Positions 23,987-37,388 are shown, counted from the first letter of the stretch. The stretch is DNA of 64,000 bases from Cirrosporium novae-zelandiae (GCA_026023565.1 JAPETS010000003.1:496001-560000), one strand, 5' to 3'. The notes: generated by a model from the sequence alone, not told the origin. A program made the numbers and translations.

Positions 23987-25613
23987 GAACCTTAAAGCTC
24001 CACTAAGAGCACTAGCTCCCCTGATTGACCAAATATGCAAAATTTCCGGTGTTCCGGGCCTGTCGCTCGGTGTGCTTCACGACGGAGAAGTCGTTCACTA
24101 TGCCAACTTTGGCTATCGTGATGTTTCTGCTCAAATACCACCTGACGAGGACACGATCTATGTTGTTGCGTCTTTGTCAAAGGCATTTACGTCTGCAATG
24201 ACTGGAGTGCTGGTAGAGCAAGGAGACCTACGATGGGATACGCAAATACGGCATATTCTTCCTGAGTATCAGCGGGATGAGAGAGATTCTGCCTACAATA
24301 GTACGATTTCCGATATCCTCAGTCACCGCACTGGAGTACTGGGGCCAGATGGTTACTGGATGCTATCTGAAGGGAAGGTGGCCTTTCCGAGAGATCAGTT
24401 CGTACCAATCTTCAATTCTCTTCCGACGGTTCAGCCAACGCGCACGGCTTTCATCTACAATAATTATGCGTACGAGCTTATGGGTCAAGTTATCGAGAAG
24501 GTTTCGGGTACAACAATTGGTAACTTCCTCAAAGAGAGCATCATGAAACCGCTTGGAATGACGAGAACATTCGACACAAGGATCCCACCCAGCACGAAGA
24601 ATGTTGCGAAACCATACTCCATCCTGCGCAATCGAACAGTATATGAGCTTGGAATGCCTCTCGTACGTCAAGATGGGCTCTTTTCTGCTGCCGGTGGAAT
24701 TCGAACTTCGGTATCAGACCTCCTGAGATTTTATAATGCCCTGATGGATGCTGGGATGTCACAGTTAGGCGATTGTGACCGGCGCATTTCTAGAAACCCT
24801 TTGAAGCAGCTGAAACCGATATGGACCGGAATGATCAGCATGCCATTTTCTACGCTTAAAGAACATAGCTACGCGTTCGGATGGGTTCGGGCACAGCTTC
24901 CCTCCACCTTCGGCATCGATGGTCCAAAACCCTGGAAAGCTATTGTCGGAAAAGGATTTCCATGTCGACTTGCCTTCTACCATCAAGGAATCGTTCAGGG
25001 ATTCACCTCTTTTTCGGCTCTGATCCCGGAGACACGTAGTGCAGTTGTAGTCCTCACCAACTCAGGAGGACTTAATGAAGCCGGGATGTTGGTTGCTAGT
25101 GCTGTTTTGGACACTCTTTTTGGGGCAAACATCGATGATCAAGCTTACAAAAATCTTGCGAAAGCTGGTTATAAGGAAGCGGCTTCGCGTTTATCAGACG
25201 TCATGAAGGAATTGAAAGACGGTCAGCAGATTGATGTTCCTACACGACCGCTGGAGGATTACACGGGTCGATACTATAATTCTCTCAACAATTACTTCAT
25301 CGATATTCAGAAAAACAGTCACGGTGGCCTCCTTATATCCTTCATGGGTAGGCCCACAGATACGTTTAAACTCGTGCCTTACGAAAGCGACAAGTTCTTC
25401 TGGTATTTGACCCATGACGAATGCGTTTCGCGTGGAAGACTCACGGAATTCCCCATGGACTACTACCTGATTAAATTTGCATTTGATGAAAACGACACGA
25501 CACTGAAAGATCCAGTATTGTATTGGAAATATGACCCGGACTATCCTGGTGATGGAGAGCCGTTTAGGGAGATTAGGTCCTATAGCAAGCTTGGCTTGCA
25601 GCATAATATTTGA
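23987..25613 (+). CDS. Beta-lactamase / serine hydrolase family protein with C-terminal DUF3471-like domain (main exon; upstream exon(s) unresolved)
   Basis: GVPGLSLGVLH, catalytic SxxK (ASLSK), LSHRTG, YxN (FIYNN), HQG, VVLTNS, Y.GRYYN; splice acceptor at 23986. Confidence 0.88.
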
Positions 25614-26645
25614 GAAAAATCCTATCTTTGAAGGCGCCTTGTATTAGTTTTGAGTTTTTCTCTTTATTCCTGTTTCTAGTCCACCGGACGTTACAAGTAA
25701 TACTTATAATCTAACAGACTATTGTCGCAGAGTAGGGCTGCAAGCGAGGACTTCCAGGAAGTCAGGATTTTCACTACGTATAACTACGACAATCACGAGT
25801 TTCCTATATAACAACCTCGGTGCCCCTAATATTCTGATTACCTAGCTTAATTATATATATATGTAGATTTATTCTATTTGAATTATTTGTTTGTTGTTTC
25901 TATCTTCCCCCAGCATGGTTCATTCCTTATTCAGCCGAGCATGCGAATTAGCTCTTCTACACTATCTTATCTCTCTAGTGGTTGGTGGTCTCCTTCGAAA
26001 GAGGGATACATGCGGGTACCTAATCTTGAAGATAAGGAAGGGAAAAAACGGCCGTTATTGGGGTAGGAGCTACCTCGCCTAAGGTCTTACACGCACCCCT
26101 TCCACCGCAGCTTACCTAGACTTCTTTACCACATTCTCTAATTAGCTACTTAGGTACCTAGGCAGTTGAATAAAATCCACCTTGGTTTTCATGATTACAC
26201 ACCCCTATCGTTACACTATAACCGGCGTCGTGTACGGGCTAAGGAAATCCAGTAAGATCTTTCAGCCGCATAGCTTTATGCTTACAGTACTATAGTGCCA
26301 GGCCAAATATCTACAAAATACTAGGCACTAGAGTCGGAATTTAGCTCTGAAGAGTTGGGCTCAATTGTTGGGCAGTAAGACACGCTTGGAAATATTTCGC
26401 TTACCACCACAGTATATTGCCAAAAAACTACAAGATTTAATGGATACACGTATAGACTGTACAATAGACTATACAAGGACGATTCATACGTCAAATACGT
26501 CTGTTTCGGACCAATACTACTTATGGTCCATCGCAAATATTGATCATGAAACAGTTATATAATCATTTTTTCCGTTGTTTTCTTAGAACTTGTCTTTATA
26601 AATCCGTCCTTCTAAGTCGAGAGCTTAGTCTCTCAATTCCTCAAC

Positions 26646-27459
26646 ATGAAATCTGATGCGGACTTGTTACCTCAAAGTTCGACTTCCCGCAGCCGTCCAA
26701 AGCTTTTGGTTCGAGAAGATGATATCACCATCCTCCACAACCCACCGGCTGGAAAAGCGTTGGCTGATGTCGTCTTCGTACATGGCTTGCAAGGACATCC
26801 ACGTAAGACATGGCAGTGTTCAACTGCGAGTAGCAAGCCGCGGACGTTCCAGCTGCGATTGACGAACCGCTCTCACGCCGACGACGAAGAATTATCCGAC
26901 TCAGTCTATTGGCCTGCAGACCTTCTCCCGGAAGACTATCCAAATTTTCGAATCTTATCGTATGGGTATGATTCGCACGTCTCCCGCAATTTCAAAGGCC
27001 CTGCGAACAAGTCAAATCTCTCACAACTTGGTGAGGATATGTTGAATAGGCTTGTGGGGGAGCGTAGTCGGTCCGGGGCTGCTGGCCGACCGATCATATT
27101 TGTGGCTCATAGTCTAGGTGGTCTCTTGGTCAAAGAAGCCGTGGTCGAGTCTAAGAAACAAGTTCACGACGAGAGCAAGAGGGACATTTATAATTCAACC
27201 CGGGCTGCCATCTTCTTCGGCACCCCGCACAGAGGCTCCGAAGATGCAAAATGGGGATTAATGATCCAACGGATTGCTAAAGTTGCATTCGACACCAACG
27301 AGAAGATCCTCGGCATCTTGAGGCCAGATAGCGAGATATTAGATAAATTAGCACGAGACTTTCAAGACATTCTAGAAGACGGCAAAATTAAGATATGTAA
27401 CTTTCTAGAGTCCTCGGGGAAAACGCAACGACCACCTTTCAATGGAAAGGTAGGACGTC

Positions 27460-27495
<36 letters not shown>

Positions 27496-30367
27496 AGACC
27501 GAATACTGACGTTGTAATAGGTCGTTCCTGACTTTTCGGCTTCTTTTGGCTCTCGACAGTTTGAATATAGAGGTTACATCAAGAACAATCACATGAACAT
27601 GTGTCGCTTCAATGGGAAAGAGGACGGCGGATACGCTCGTTTCCTGGATGGCATGGACTTTTGTACGAAGGCTCTTGAAACAGTTCCAACTGCCGAGGAT
27701 ACAAGCAAAGGTTCGTCAAAACCTTGACATGCCAGATATACAAGCATTGACCTCATCTGTGCTTTACTAGATAGCATATCATCTGGCGGAGGACAATATG
27801 AAGCTCCACATAAACGAAACGCTCGATTTTGTGGCCGCGATAAGGTCTTGAGTACTCTGCATGGGCTCCTAGTCAAAGATATAGCTCCACGACGTTCATC
27901 GATAACTACAGGACAGCTACGCTCATGCGTCATCCACGGGATGGGTGGTGTGGGGAAGACCCAGGTTGCGATTGAGTATACTTACCGTTACCGAGATTCA
28001 TACGACTTCATTTTCTGGATCCATGCGGAGAATGAAGCTGTACTGGCCAGCAGTATCACTAAAATATCGAGCAGCTTAGGTCTTAAGCTAGCTGAAAATG
28101 CCATTAGCACAGGCTCTGTAGTTGAATGTGTGCGCAAGTGGTTGGAGGAAACAAGTATTGTCCCGGCTGTTTCCCCACCATATATGTAATGTGCTGACCA
28201 TGAATACTCTATAGACAAGCGATGGCTTCTAGTATTCGACAACGTTGAAACTCGGTCCATTTTGGAGCCATGCTTGCCTCGAACAAACGACGGAGCTTTT
28301 TTAATCACATCGCAAGACGATCAGCTTAGCCTACTAGCAGCCGATGACATACATTTGGAGCCGCTTGACAGCACCGAGGGATCGAAGCTAATCCTCAAGC
28401 TTCTTCCTAAGACTGGAGCACCCTATGAAATTGAAGACGCGAAGAGGATATCAACTCAACTTGGAGGACTCCCTTTGGCTCTCGGGTATGTGGCTGGCTA
28501 CATCTCTAAGACTAAATGGTCACTACAGGAATTTTTGAATTTTTTTAAGGACCCTCAAGTCTCCGCTAGCATTTTTGCTATGCCTCCTCCTACGACCATA
28601 AACCAATATGAAAAAACTTTAGCAATGGTATGGGAGCTTTCGTTGCAAAAATTGGACCTAGACCAGATCCGAGTAATCCAAATATTATCAATGTTAGGTC
28701 CCGACGGCACTCCAGAGGATATTTTGTATGCAAATCACCAGGAACCAGAGCTTGTCTTCTTGAGTTCTTCTAAGATTAAAGCCCACAAGTATTTTCTCTC
28801 TATTTTTAAATTCTAAAGAGGTAACTGACTGTGTTTGCATAGTTTTGGCATCATGATTGGTGATCTTGCCAGCAGGCACCTAGTTAGCCGGGAAAAAATC
28901 CCACAAAATCCACAACTGTTCATTCACCGGTCATTACAGAAGAACGTTCTCCATGACCTGGAAAAGGACGCCAGCCTGCTCCAACATACCTTTGACCTTG
29001 CTTGCATCCTCATCCGCAAAGTCTATCCAAAACAGTCGCCAACCCATGATCCCCAAAACGAACATTGGAAGACACAGGAGTTGTACCAGCCTCATATTTT
29101 GAATCTACATTCCGTCTATAAAACATTCGTACAACAACTTATTGCACCAATTGATTTTGCAGAGCTTCTCTCTGATGCGGTGTACTATTTCTGGGAGAGG
29201 GGTGCGCTTACGGAGGGCTCGGAACTGACGGACACTGCAGAAGATATTTGTGACAAATACCCTCAAGCATCATACGTGACCAGAGCGAATGTCTACTCTC
29301 TTGGCGCTGTGCAAAGATGGAGCCGTGGAATCACAACACGAGCACTAATTCTGCGTCGGTTTCTCAAAGCGCTTGCGCTCCTCCAAAAGCATGTCAACGA
29401 GCTCAACCTAGATGAGGCAACTCCCCAAGTTCTGATTCTTTACGCAACTAGTTGGAACGATGTTGCCCATATCTTCATGGAGCATGAATTTTATGAGGAT
29501 GCAATTCGGTGCTTGGACCTTTGTATAGCGATAAAGAGGTGCTTAGGTGACGACCTTGGTGTTTTGGGAGCTAACCGCAATAAGGCACTTGCTTTGGTAT
29601 GGCTTAATCGGTTTAGGGAAGCTTTAACGCTAGTTCCCGATGACGATAAGGTTCTCCTTGAGCTCTTGACGCCTCGATGCGCCTCCTACTATGAGCGCTG
29701 CCGATTCGGATGGGCTAACATCTTAATCATGACCGAAGACCTGAAAAGGGCAGAGGACCTTCTGCAGAAGAACCTCCATAGCCGCAAGCTTCTATGTGGA
29801 GAAACCGGACATTACACCCTGGATTCGTATTATTTGCTTGGGATAACACATCGGAAGATGGGAAACACACAAGAGGCTATGTATAGTAACACATTCTCCC
29901 ATGCTTCTATTGCTAACTACCCTATCAGACATAATTTCAAAAAGGCGCTTGAAGATTCAGCCGATTGGTCCGAGGAGGCCAAAAGTTTAGCCAAACACCA
30001 CCTGTCGAAAGCGCTCGACGATATAGGCCAACACGACGAGGCTCAAAATCTCTCCAAAGAGGCAGACGCAGTGAGAAGAAAGCTCTGGGGTCCGTATGCG
30101 ACGTACATTAATGTCCCAGGTGGGGACGATGATGAAACCTATGATCATCTTGCTTCCTCCGAAATGGGGCGGATTACCATCGGGAAGTTTCAGGCTTCAG
30201 GGAAACTTCCGAAACTTATGAAAATATGTCAAGACATCCAAGAGAGGCTAAACGCTTTAGGTGAAGGTCAAATCCTACCGTCTACGTGCTGCAAAATGTG
30301 TAAATCCTCAGAAATAGATATCTCAGAGGCTGAGATCTATGGAGTGGGCAGGGGAAATAGGGATTAA
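26646..30367 (+). CDS. Fungal NLR: alpha/beta-hydrolase (SesB/lipase-like) + NB-ARC + TPR, multi-exon
   Basis: DVVFVHGLQGH, RILSYGYDS, FVAHSLGG nucleophile, FFGTPHRGS; P-loop GMGGVGKT, Walker B WLLVFDNVE, GGLPLAL; helical TPR-like repeats; GT-AG introns link the ORF pieces. Confidence 0.9.
27462..27494. repeat. C33 homopolymer inside NLR intron 1
   Basis: 33 consecutive C between donor GTAGGA (27450) and branch/acceptor CTGAC..TAG (27520). Confidence 0.9.
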
Positions 30368-30938
30368 TAATTTGAGAATAATTCCGGAAACATAAGAGCG
30401 GAAGGCGACTGAGGAAGGATCGACTCTTAGGTGTTTTTTTTTTGAAAATCTCATATTGTTATAATCTAGTAGAATATAGCTAATTATAACATTATTTTGT
30501 CAATAGACATGTTGCTTCCATTGAAACTCTAGACCTAGTTAAATTTTGTCTGAGCACACACATTAAGTATAGTACTAAGGTATAACTGATTATGTGCTTC
30601 TGTGGATTTACTATTCTGACTGTGTTATTATATAGTATACGTACTCAAGCTCTAATATTTTTCTTTCTACATGATACTAGTAGGGCCTAGTCAGTTAAAG
30701 CGAATATCTGAATGGCGTGTTAGCTTGTCAGACTAGGTTAAGCCTAGCAGGATGCGCATATGTGAAGTAAAACTATATTTATACCGATATTAGTATATAC
30801 CTATACGTATCACAATAAGATAGTATTCCGATCACGAGACAATATATATAAACTAAAATTCATTGATTTTAATTCTCTTTCATTACTAGCGTTAGCTAAG
30901 CTAGTTAAAACGCAGAATAAATCCCTCTTCCTTTTCCC

Positions 30939-31148
30939 TCAAGTGAAAGCTGGGGGACCGTTTCCATTACCTCCAGATTGTTCGTTGCTCTTATCCCCAG
31001 CCTGCTCGCTGGAAGTCTCTCCTTCCTTTTTGTCTTCTTCTTTGGCCGCTTTCCAAGGCTCGCGGCGTTCGTCCTTTGCAGCAGATTGTTCAGTAGTCGC
31101 AGCCCAGTTCGAGTTGGACACTTCTGCCTTGCTAGTGCTGGAGTCCAT
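30939..31148 (-). CDS. Small hydrophilic protein of unknown function (69 aa) with a 5'-UTR intron
   Basis: ACAATGG start context; canonical 64-nt intron 31230-31167 (GTATGT..GCTAA..CACAG) just upstream; highly charged sequence. Confidence 0.55.
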   Translation of the reverse strand: MDSSTSKAEVSNSNWAATTEQSAAKDERREPWKAAKEEDKKEGETSSEQAGDKSNEQSGGNGNGPPAFT

Positions 31149-32568
31149 TGTATATACGAATGAACACTGTGGTTTTCTTTTTCTGGTTTTAGCTACTAGC
31201 AAAAACGATTAAGGACACAATTATACATACTAGGTTGTTTCTCAAAGTATGGTTCTGAACGTTCGTGTATCGTTGCTGGAGGAGGGCTTGAAGAGAAGCT
31301 AGGAGGCTGACAGTGAGACGAGAGAGACCTTGCCCTTTATGCACGCCCAAGCCAGAGCCATATCAGACCAACCCAAAAATACCCTAATATGATATGTGAC
31401 CATGATCGTCAATGAGCAAGTTGTGAAAACAGTCAGCCTATATTCTGCAAGTTTGTCCTTCTGCGAGATCCATTCACCATGCTGAATGAATCGCTACCCT
31501 CTCCTCATGTCATCCAAACCGGCCAATACTATAGAGGTTACCTCTTTCCCTTCACGCTACTCTAATTCCGACCCTCTTCCACAGGCCCGAGGGTTCAAGA
31601 TCGTTAGATCACACATCCAAGGAAATATCAACAACCAGAATATTTGTGCCCGATTCCAGATAGCAGGATGCCTACCCTGCTCCAAGATCAGGAGCTCTTA
31701 TCAGAATCCCAGCTGGAGGATTGGTTTTTGATTTGGTGGCTTTTCTTGCAGTGGTGGGGCCGATGCAACGGAAATCTTGATATATCTCCAAGATCGTAAG
31801 CGAGTTGCATTGTACTGGTACAAGTTTTATACACTGGAGATACAACAAATCAAGGAACAGTTTCGATTCAAAAAATACCTTAAAACATTTCCCATAACCG
31901 ATAATACATGTGGCGAGAAACAGGCCTTACTAGGGAGCGGAAATAGAGAATCGGCGTGATTCCACGGAAAATTCAGTATAAAAACCACGTTATCTACACT
32001 TATTTTCGCAGCTTCACACCTCAGAATACTTCAAAAGTCTTGAACCCTGAGTATCCAAGCTGGTCGGGTGACAGCGGGGCATTGGGCTCCATTGCAGTTG
32101 AGATTGGGTACCCATTTCGCGTGTGACGGTACACTGAAACGCCTCATCCAATAAAGCTCCATATTGACGAACTCTCTTCATATACACAGCATTGTAGTTT
32201 TGTTCGAGTGCCTGATACGTCTGTGGATAAATCAATTGAAAATTTAAGCATATGTACCAAAACACGGTAGGTCTGTTTGATGCCGTGATTCTCCGATTAC
32301 AGGAAAGAAATTCCACCTTTGAAATATTGGGCTTGCGCTTTTCAAATCAGGATCTTTGGACCCAGTCATCACCAGAAAATTCTAGTGAGGAGTTGCAGGC
32401 TCATCCTTCCCTCGCTCGATTTCTCCTCTCCTACTGACACAAGTGAAGTTATAGAAGAAACGCCATGGAGGCGACCATCCAGCTTGCAAGAAGGATCGCT
32501 TGAGTCGGTATTGAAAAATCTGGATGACTCGCTCTCTGCCTCCTAGTCCACCCCACCACACCATAACA

Positions 32569-33638
32569 ATGAACGAAAATGCCCAATTTTTCTATCTGAA
32601 GGCTCTCCCTCTCTATGAACTCGAAAAGCCGTATCACAACTTCACTGACGGTACGAGTAATATAATTACCGAGAAACCGCCGCTGCAATCAGTATTGGAT
32701 ATCCGTGGTAGAGAGAAGGAATTCACACTTGCCACTCATGGCTTCGAATACCGCAGGCACGCTCTTCCAGCTGTCAACTGGAGAGACGAGGGCGATATTA
32801 AGAAAACCTATCTTGAAGACCTGAAACTATTTGTGCCCAAGTTGATTCCTGAAACTGTACAAAGATGTGAGATGTTTGATTTCAGGGTGAGACTGGTACC
32901 ACAAGTGATTGAACTATGGAGCTGATTGCAGCAGCTACGAAGCGTCGCAGCATTCCAGAGCTCAACTCCTATGCATCCTGGCTTGTGCGGAACTTACAAG
33001 ATGTCGCCCGCCCTGTCGGTCCACGTCGGTGAGTTCCCTCTTGTACTACGTTAAGAGGGAATGGAACTATATGTCGTAGATCAGTCACCAGTGGGAATTC
33101 TAGAATGGTTAAAACGGGAACTCGGACAAGAAGAAACCACCGAAATAGTCAACAATTACCGAGTTCGGGTGATAAAGTATATCTTACCCTGTCTGACGCT
33201 GCTTTCATGCACAAGGCTAACTTTGCTATGTATCAAAAGCATCTGGCGTCCGCTCGTCGACGTTGTCGAAGATGTTCCATTAGCTATGTGCGATGTGCGA
33301 ACAGTCAAACCCTCTGATCTCGTCAGCTCTGCTCATGTTAGCGGCGACTACGTCCGCAGGAATTATCTAGTGAAGTACAGTCAAGACTTTCAGTTTTACT
33401 ATCTCTCCAAGATGGTGAAGGAGGAGGTGTGCGCGTTTATGGTATTCGATTCTAGCGGGGTAGGGGAAGATAGAATACGTGAGTTCTGATATGCATAGCC
33501 TGTTGACGTGGCAGACTCTTACCCAAGACAGGGACACCCCCACACTCAGCCTTTTGGCACAACAAGATGTGGAGGTCGGATAAACGCCCAAGGGAAAGTA
33601 TTGAAGTCCGTTTATTGGTGTTATCGACACTAGAGTAG
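32569..33638 (+). CDS. AsaB/CmcJ/GA4-desaturase-like oxidoreductase, multi-exon
   Basis: LY..EKPY, DIRG.E..FTL...GF, VHVD(Q), IWRPL..VED.PLAMCD, PHSAF, RESIEVRLLV motifs. Confidence 0.85.
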
Positions 33639-33819
33639 GTAGTTAGCGATATGACTGCTCAAGGAGGGAGGGACCATGGCAGATAGGGAATGCGGTATTA
33701 AAAATACGAGGCTTTTCCTACCTATCAGGATCCTATCTCAATTACCCACTAGACGTTGAAGCATGCCATACTTCCCATGAGCATGGCATACCGTAACACA
33801 AATATGATTCGATAAATAA

Positions 33820-34121
33820 TTGATGCCTGATTTTGTTTGAAAATAGTGATTTGACCTATCATAATCTTTCTATGATATCACCCCGACTATCGATAGCTAT
33901 ACAAGGATAGTTTTAAGAGGTATCCCCTAGAGCGTCTTCCAATGGCTACCGCTAGTAGGAATGCCATGTAAGAATTAAGATAGGTCAAATAACTATTTTC
34001 AGGCAGAATCAGGTATCAACTTCTTTGCAGGATCATTGAGCCTCAAAATCTTATCATGGGACCAATTGATTTTTTAGTTTTACCCCTCCTGTTAACGGTA
34101 GCCATTGGAAGATGCTTTGGG
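33820..34121. repeat. Foldback / interleaved inverted repeats (probable MITE relic)
   Basis: 33820-33860 vs 33979-34019 inverted (36/41); 33926-33960 vs 34087-34121 inverted (29/35). Confidence 0.75.
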
Positions 34122-34724
34122 AGATTTGATTTCATAAATACAAACAGAATTTATCGCCCAAATTAGTTTCATATAGACAGATTATAGGTATATAACTAAA
34201 TTTATTCAAGTAATTGTACAGCTTATATTGATGAAATAATACTTTTGTAAGATTATTATCCCTTCGAAGGCTGAATATAAGCAAATTAACCCTTATAAAA
34301 GGACTCTATTAGATTTATTAATATAGTTTACTCGAGTATACCGAACCGCTTTGGAGAATATTGTTTATTGTTGGATAAATTCAGATTTTTTAATGGTAGC
34401 TATCTGGAACCGTTTTGGAGGACAAGAGCTTCTTATATTATCTATGACGTGTTTCTCCCGCATTTATTTTTTGGTGTGAGATTTGTATGCTTTCTTCAGT
34501 ATTGTAAGTATCGTAGCCGCAAATCAAGAGCAAAAAAAATAAACAGAAAAAAACAAAAATATTTTTTTAATATTACTACTCCGGTGTACACCACACCACA
34601 GATGTAAACACTACACTACTGTCTGTGTGTACCCCCACACGGACCATAGCGTACACTATTTATGAGGATATCCTTTAGGCATTGATTTTTGATGCCTAAA
34701 CTATGCACTCGCGGCCACCCTAAT

Positions 34725-34877
34725 TATAAGGGATAAATATAAAATCTTATAATTGTGGTTTCTTTGCAAAATGGACTCCCCAATAGCAATTTATTTCATA
34801 TTTTATACCCTAGCTTGCATACCAGTTCTCTTCTCACACGTAGCTCATACCCTCAAGACTGCAACAGCAGCCTTACA
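34725..34877 (+). mobile_element. Degenerate LTR related to the 23325-23571 LTR
   Basis: accagttctcttctcacacgtag...ctgcaacagcagccttaca matches the 3' end of the first LTR; possible mutated 5' end TATAAGG at 34725. Confidence 0.6.
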
Positions 34878-35203
34878 CACAGTATGCGCTGTCACCTACC
34901 TATACTAAGTGCTGCACCAGAGCCCCTGTCGAGTGTAACATGTATCAGCGATGGAGGGGATAAATTCGAACTTCGTCTCATTTTAATTCCTGAAAGGAAT
35001 ACCTCAAGATCTTGAAACCCAGGCCTCAACCTTCCCTTTTCTGTTGAGCGCACCGACTGATGTGAGGCGAGTGGCATTCTGATAAGCTAGGAACAAAGCA
35101 AGCTCTATCAACGAAGATTGCCTGAACGGTCCCAACTTCGAGGCTGACCTCTAACACCCCAAAGCTAGGACTGGCACATTTAGCTTAGGTCTTCTCAATC
35201 GCC

Positions 35204-37388
35204 ATGGAGGCTTCGGCAATTCGTGCTAGAATTGCAAAGCGTACCGTCCGGGATCAGGTGGAATTGTCCTGTGCTAAGCTTCGGAGCTCCATTGATTTTA
35301 CGGGTTCGCCAAGTGTCACCCCGTTCTTTGGGGTGCCAATTACTAACATCGACGATCTGGACCCGACGAAGAATTCCGCTCCTGGGTTCAAAGATGTCAA
35401 TTTTGGGAAGACTATCAAACCACCACCACCGCCGTCGGTTCATTTTAACATCGGGGTCATTGGGGGCGGAATGGCGGGGCTTTATGCTTCTTTAATACTC
35501 GAATACCTTGGGCTCACGCACGAGGTTATTGAGGCATCCCAGAGGCCAGGTGGGCGAGTATGGTCACATCACTTTACCAAAAAGGACGGCGACTATTACG
35601 AAGTTGGTGCCATGCTATTTCCTCATATTCCAATTATGTCAAGGACCTTCAGGTTACTTGAGCTTCTCAACATAGAAATGGATGAAACTCCGCATCCTAA
35701 ACAGGGTTGCCTGATTCCTCATCACCTTACAGGTCCAAATAATCCGATGTATTTTAATAACATCTTGAAAGTGGCGGGGAGCGAGCTGGGCGATTGGGAC
35801 CCCTTTAGAGTAAGTGTCAAAAACGGTGGTTTAGTCCCCGACAGGTCAGTATATTTGCGATTGGCTTGTCTTTTAAGCATAGGTCCACACCAATGCTGAC
35901 TGTTCTGATAGATTCGTAAGAATGGGCTATAAAGAAATTCTCAAGGAAGTTTTCGATGAGTGGAAAAAACGATTGGTCTCCAATTTCGAGAAGACCTGGG
36001 CGGAGCTTATGGAACTCGACCAAAAGGCAACGTCTCTACGAGCATATATGATAGCAAAGTTCGAGGATAAGAACTGCGATCGGTAAATTTCTCAAAAATA
36101 CTGAATCCATTATACCTTGCGACTAACTAAATAACAGAGCAGACATATATTATATGACCAATTGGTGTGAAACAATGACTGCGTGACCTAATTTAACTGC
36201 TAGCGTTGATTTCTATCTCTACTAATACTTGCAATTTCTAGTGGAACAAGACATTTCGACGAATCATTCGTCACGTGGCTTTTGCTCTCCCTCGAGTTTA
36301 ACTATCCTGCGCCCGCACCGCCAACCTACAACACTCAGCCCATCATGGACTCGAGCAAAGACAGCGATATTGTCTGGTGGTGTTTGAACGGGGGCACCGA
36401 CATCACTGCCAAAACGATAGTTAGTACGCTCACCAAAAAACCCCTGTACAACGGTCGAGTGACAGGAATCTCTTGGAATCCGGGGCAACTGCATGGAGAC
36501 CCGATGACCGTGAAAATATTGCAAAAAGATCCCCAAAACCCTAACACGGCACCAAGACTAATCGAGAAGAGATATTCACATGTGATAAATACCACTACCG
36601 CTCCTTGTCTTCAAATCATGGACCTCCGCAATGCGGGTCTGAGTTTTTCACAGCGCGAAGCAATTCGAATGCTCGGCTATGACAACGCTGTCAAAGTCGG
36701 TATCAAATTTCGCTATCGCTGGTGGGCAGAAGATAGGGGCATCACAAAAGGAGGCGTAGGGACAACAGACCGCCCAACCCGAGTCATTATTTATCCTTCG
36801 CACGCGCTCGACACTCCCAAGGGGGAGTCTGGAGTTCTTATAGCATGCTACAACTGGGGCCAGGACGCCTCCCGTCTTGGGGGTTTGTCCCAGGGCTCGG
36901 ACGAAACCAAGCAAGACGCCATTTTCGATGCTATCGTGGCCGACCTGGCCATTATGCACGACTACCCCGAAGCCAAGTTACGGAGTCTGGTTATGAGCTA
37001 CCACGTGCATGACTGGAACCGCGACCCTCTGGTAAACGGACATATCAGCTTTCTTGGACCGGGACAGTTTTCATCATTTTTCGGACAAATCCAGCGACTC
37101 GCCGCGCGGGGTCGACTGTTCTTCGCCGGCGAGACAACGAGCATCTACCATGGCTGGATTGTCGCCGCACTGAACAGCGTATATAGGGCAATACACCAGA
37201 TGCTATTGTGCGAGCTTATCCGGGTCCTATGGGATAAGGACAAAATGGCCTATATTTTGTCACTAATTGTGCACCTGACAGAGAACTGGGGGTCGAGTAA
37301 ATTTGAGCCTGAGACAGAATACGATACGGATCCGAAAGGGACAGCAGGCTGGCAAGTGTTTTTAGGAATGTACGAGAAGAATGTGTAG
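35204..37388 (+). CDS. Flavin-dependent amine oxidase / L-amino-acid oxidase-like protein (4 exons)
   Basis: VIGGGMAGL, EAS.RPGGR, YEVGAM.FP, WWCLNGG, KVGIKF..RWW, YNWGQDA.RLG, GPGQF, FAGE..S..HGWI; exons splice without stops. Confidence 0.9.

Noticed and set aside
27462..27509. Poly-proline C-terminus of the 287-aa ORF
   Set aside because: Lies inside a canonical GT-AG intron of the NLR gene
31430..32320. Possible minus-strand gene remnant
   Set aside because: Coding-like composition but many stops and no motif I can assign with confidence
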